DNA of 64,000 nt from Ophelia neglecta (taxonomy: Eukaryota). The notes beneath the pieces are model-generated. The model had not been told where the DNA came from and ran no database searches. It saw only the letters and a program-made list of their open reading frames with translations. Below, piece after piece: positions 61,201 to 64,000 of the stretch (the first letter of the stretch is position 1; every line of letters begins with the position of its first letter). The translations under genes were made by a program, and so were the position numbers. Location: the NCBI GenBank assembly GCA_965285935.1, contig OZ260661.1, positions 54,312,001 through 54,376,000 of the forward strand, written 5' to 3'.

Positions 61201-63926
61201 GAGATAGCTTTCACTTATCCTCCCTGAAAATACTAACAGCCTGTAGTTGATATTTAACAAAGAAGTGCATGAAGACACAGTCTTTTATTTCTGTGAGTGA
61301 AAACAGATGGTAAAAATAGGGTTGCTGTGTACAAGGCGAAGTCATAATTGATAACATGATAAGGGGAGATAAACGTTCTAAAAATTGACCTTCTTGCATA
61401 GAAGTAACTTACTAGTAGGCCAAAGTCTATCAGGTCAATGTTTATAGCAGAATGGGTAAGGTGTTAACCAATATAACATGCTGGTATTTTACTTTTTTTG
61501 GTGCTAATTACAACACTTCAGATTAGGTCATAATTAAGTTCAATAAATTACATTAGATGTCTACAATAGGTGACATGGTCGTAATAATTGTCGCCGAGGC
61601 CACACTTAAAAATTGACATACACGTTTTACGCCTCTGGTCAGGTCGCCATTACACTTATAATTACTACTACTGTTACTTTAAAATGTATAATAAAGCACA
61701 TGAAGGTTCTATGCCAAGAAATTTTTCACAACATAATTGTTCTTCTATCCTGAATAAGGAATGTGTTAACTGAATTTTCACACCACATACTGTATTAGTA
61801 TATGTGCTATATCAAAGAGTCATTGGTCGAGAATTTATAGAACATAAGAGCAGTTAACTATCTCCAGGCGGCCAGTCATTCATTCTCAGAATATTATTGA
61901 TTATTTCAGTTTAGAAAAATGTGTTTTCTACAAGCTTCTATGAATACTCATGAATATCAGGCAAAACCGAGTTTTTCTAATTTTATCGCTAATTTAAAAT
62001 GGGAAACCGAGCTCTCAGTATCATAAATTTGTCTTTAAACGTAAAATACATGAATTCGGATGAACCACTTTAGCTGTGTAAGCTGTGGTGTCTTGTCCGG
62101 CTGCAGTTTTCTTACGTACCATGGCTGCGGTTATGTAACCATTGACTAATGGGGTGACTCATGCCCAGTGACAGAAAAATGATTCATATTCAAATATGTG
62201 AACTTGGGTCTAGATAAAGCAATTTAAATAGATAGTCATACTTCCATCAGTGTATGTAGATTAAACAAAAAAGTCTTGATATAAAAAACATGAACTCTAG
62301 TATTATTGAAGTTTATTCCTTCCTTGATGTCTGTTTTACCATAAGATGGATCGATATATTAACACATGAGCATATGTAAACTTTTTATTCTGGCTAGAAA
62401 AAGTCTTCACATTTTAAAGTATATATTATAGTGATCATTCAATGGATCAGCTGAACTAGGGCTAAAACCCCTTGTTTACCTTATAAATGTTGACTTTGTT
62501 CCTCAAACCGGGAGAGTTCAGGTTTTACAGGTGTAGAGAATGGTGGCCAGAGGCCGAGGTCAATAAAATCCCTTAGAGATGGGTCATTTTGTATAGGTGT
62601 TATTTCGGTTTGCGGCAGACTTGAAAAATATTAGTCATACATATTTCGAATTCGAATTAAAGAGAACTTTTCTGTTGCACATTTGCATGGAAGCTATCCA
62701 TAGCCATATAGCCGTTGAAGTTGAAGTTTCCTTGTAGTCACATATATTATATTTACATGTACATGAATTACATTGATGGGTTTGTTAGTTACCACTCATC
62801 TACTGCACTCTTGCAAAATGTCACACTGATAACTTGATATTGAGTTGCAATAAGTTTTACAGAAAGTGTAAGCAAGTTACTTTATTTATCATATGCTAAT
62901 CATTTGACTTAGCATGATTCACAGATCTTAACCTGGCTGACTTCACTGAGTGGGGACTGCCTCTCATTGAATTACAATGTCAATTCTCCACCTAAAGTCA
63001 GATAGACCTGAGGAATAATAATTTGCAGGCTCCTAGTGTTCACCTGTGTTTGATGCTTATGTTTTCTAATGGCAGTCATTGTGTTGATTGTCTCTGGAAT
63101 TTACCCCCCCCCCCCCCCCCCACCCCTGACCTTAAACTTTTTCTGGCTCATACATTTTTAGCTGGTCTTTTACTGGTAAAAACTGACAGTCACATCGTTT
63201 GGCTGGTGGAAAGTCCAGTGATGGCTGCCATATTAAGCCTGTCCCTCATATGCTATGTCAGTGTCAATCACCACAATCAGTGCTTATACATTGTATATCA
63301 TTATGGCCATCGGGCTTGCGCATTTCAGTTTATGAAAATAGCTTGTGAAGACTGAGCTGTGTTATCTGCCTGCCGCCCTGTGGCTGAAGTGAAGCTGATC
63401 TAAACATTTAAACTTGCTCTGATCATGACCTATGTGTCTAGGCACTTACATCCACAGTTAAACCAAAGAAACTCTGTGCTGTCAGTTGCACCAGTGTAGA
63501 TGTCAATTCTGTAGTCAATGAATGTGTACATCTATCGATCTCTCTCAGCACCAGCAGCAATATGCCAAATACTAGGAAGCTTATATCCATGATAAATTCT
63601 CCCCTTCATTTTAATAAAAAGGTAAAAATAAAATAAAATAATGTTCTGCCCCTCCTTATTTTCAACACGTTACCGGAAAGAAGCATATCTTTTTTTTCTA
63701 AGCCTTAGAGTCCTGTATTGAACCCAGATTGAATCATGTAGACATACATACATGCATATACAACAATGAAATAAAATTTCAAGCTCATGTAAATGAATAT
63801 TTTACATTTCTACTGTTTGACTGTTAATTTGACCATACATTTTCTTTCTCACAGGTATGAACAAAGCTTTCTGGAGATACTCAAGTTTGAAAAGGCTGAT
63901 CCTTCAGACGCACTCATGTTAGAAAG
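55247..63926 (+). CDS. PDK: Pyruvate dehydrogenase kinase, mitochondrial (exons 1a, 2, 3; continues beyond window)
   Basis: Exon 55247-55349 [35 protein letters not shown]; exon 59260-59404 [48 protein letters not shown]; exon 63855-63926 [23 protein letters not shown]. Phases are consistent and the sequence matches the PDK N-terminal domain. Confidence 0.93.
56463..56613 (+). CDS. PDK: Alternative first coding exon (1b) of PDK
   Basis: ATG...[51 protein letters not shown] ending in TTCG|GTGAGT. Same phase-1 donor and homologous Y..F/YHP..L.....DFG end as exon 1a. Confidence 0.85.
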
Positions 63927-64000
63927 GTAATCAGAAATATGATAGCTTATACACTCAAAAAACATGTAATACAGCCAATATCATATTACAGCCATTATAA

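Overview
AT-rich genomic DNA from an invertebrate animal (spliceosomal GT-AG introns, no prokaryotic features). From left to right: (1) 1-3.7 kb, a decayed ISL2EU/Harbinger-type DNA transposon (YqaJ exonuclease+PHD on +, THAP+DDE_Tnp_4 transposase on -). (2) 4.1-21.3 kb, a large, apparently intact gene of 15 or more exons encoding a KDZ (Kyakuja-Dileera-Zisupton)/HMGXB3-type transposase with Zn fingers, SWIM, CxC and SAP modules. It is fused through a 60-bp minisatellite linker to a Josephin (ataxin-3-like) deubiquitinase domain with an intact Cys-His-Asp triad, followed by a PHD finger and a possible MUM1/PWWP3-like tail. (3) 22.9-29.7 kb, a 179/358/294/882-bp hierarchical satellite whose core motif recurs as inverted and palindromic copies out to 30.9 kb. 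(4) A long-TIR non-autonomous element. (5) A 6-exon retinol-dehydrogenase-like SDR gene with a near full-length antisense CR1/L2-group LINE in its 3'UTR, flanked by a 41-bp target duplication. (6) Two divergent GLUT8/Tret1-like sugar transporters with intronless coding regions, separated by Mutator-like elements (one with a perfect 9-bp TSD). (7) The 5' part of pyruvate dehydrogenase kinase, with two paralogous alternative first coding exons. The most novel candidate is the KDZ transposase-Josephin-PHD fusion and its possible link to the adjacent satellite. All domain calls come from reading motifs by eye; no database searches were run.
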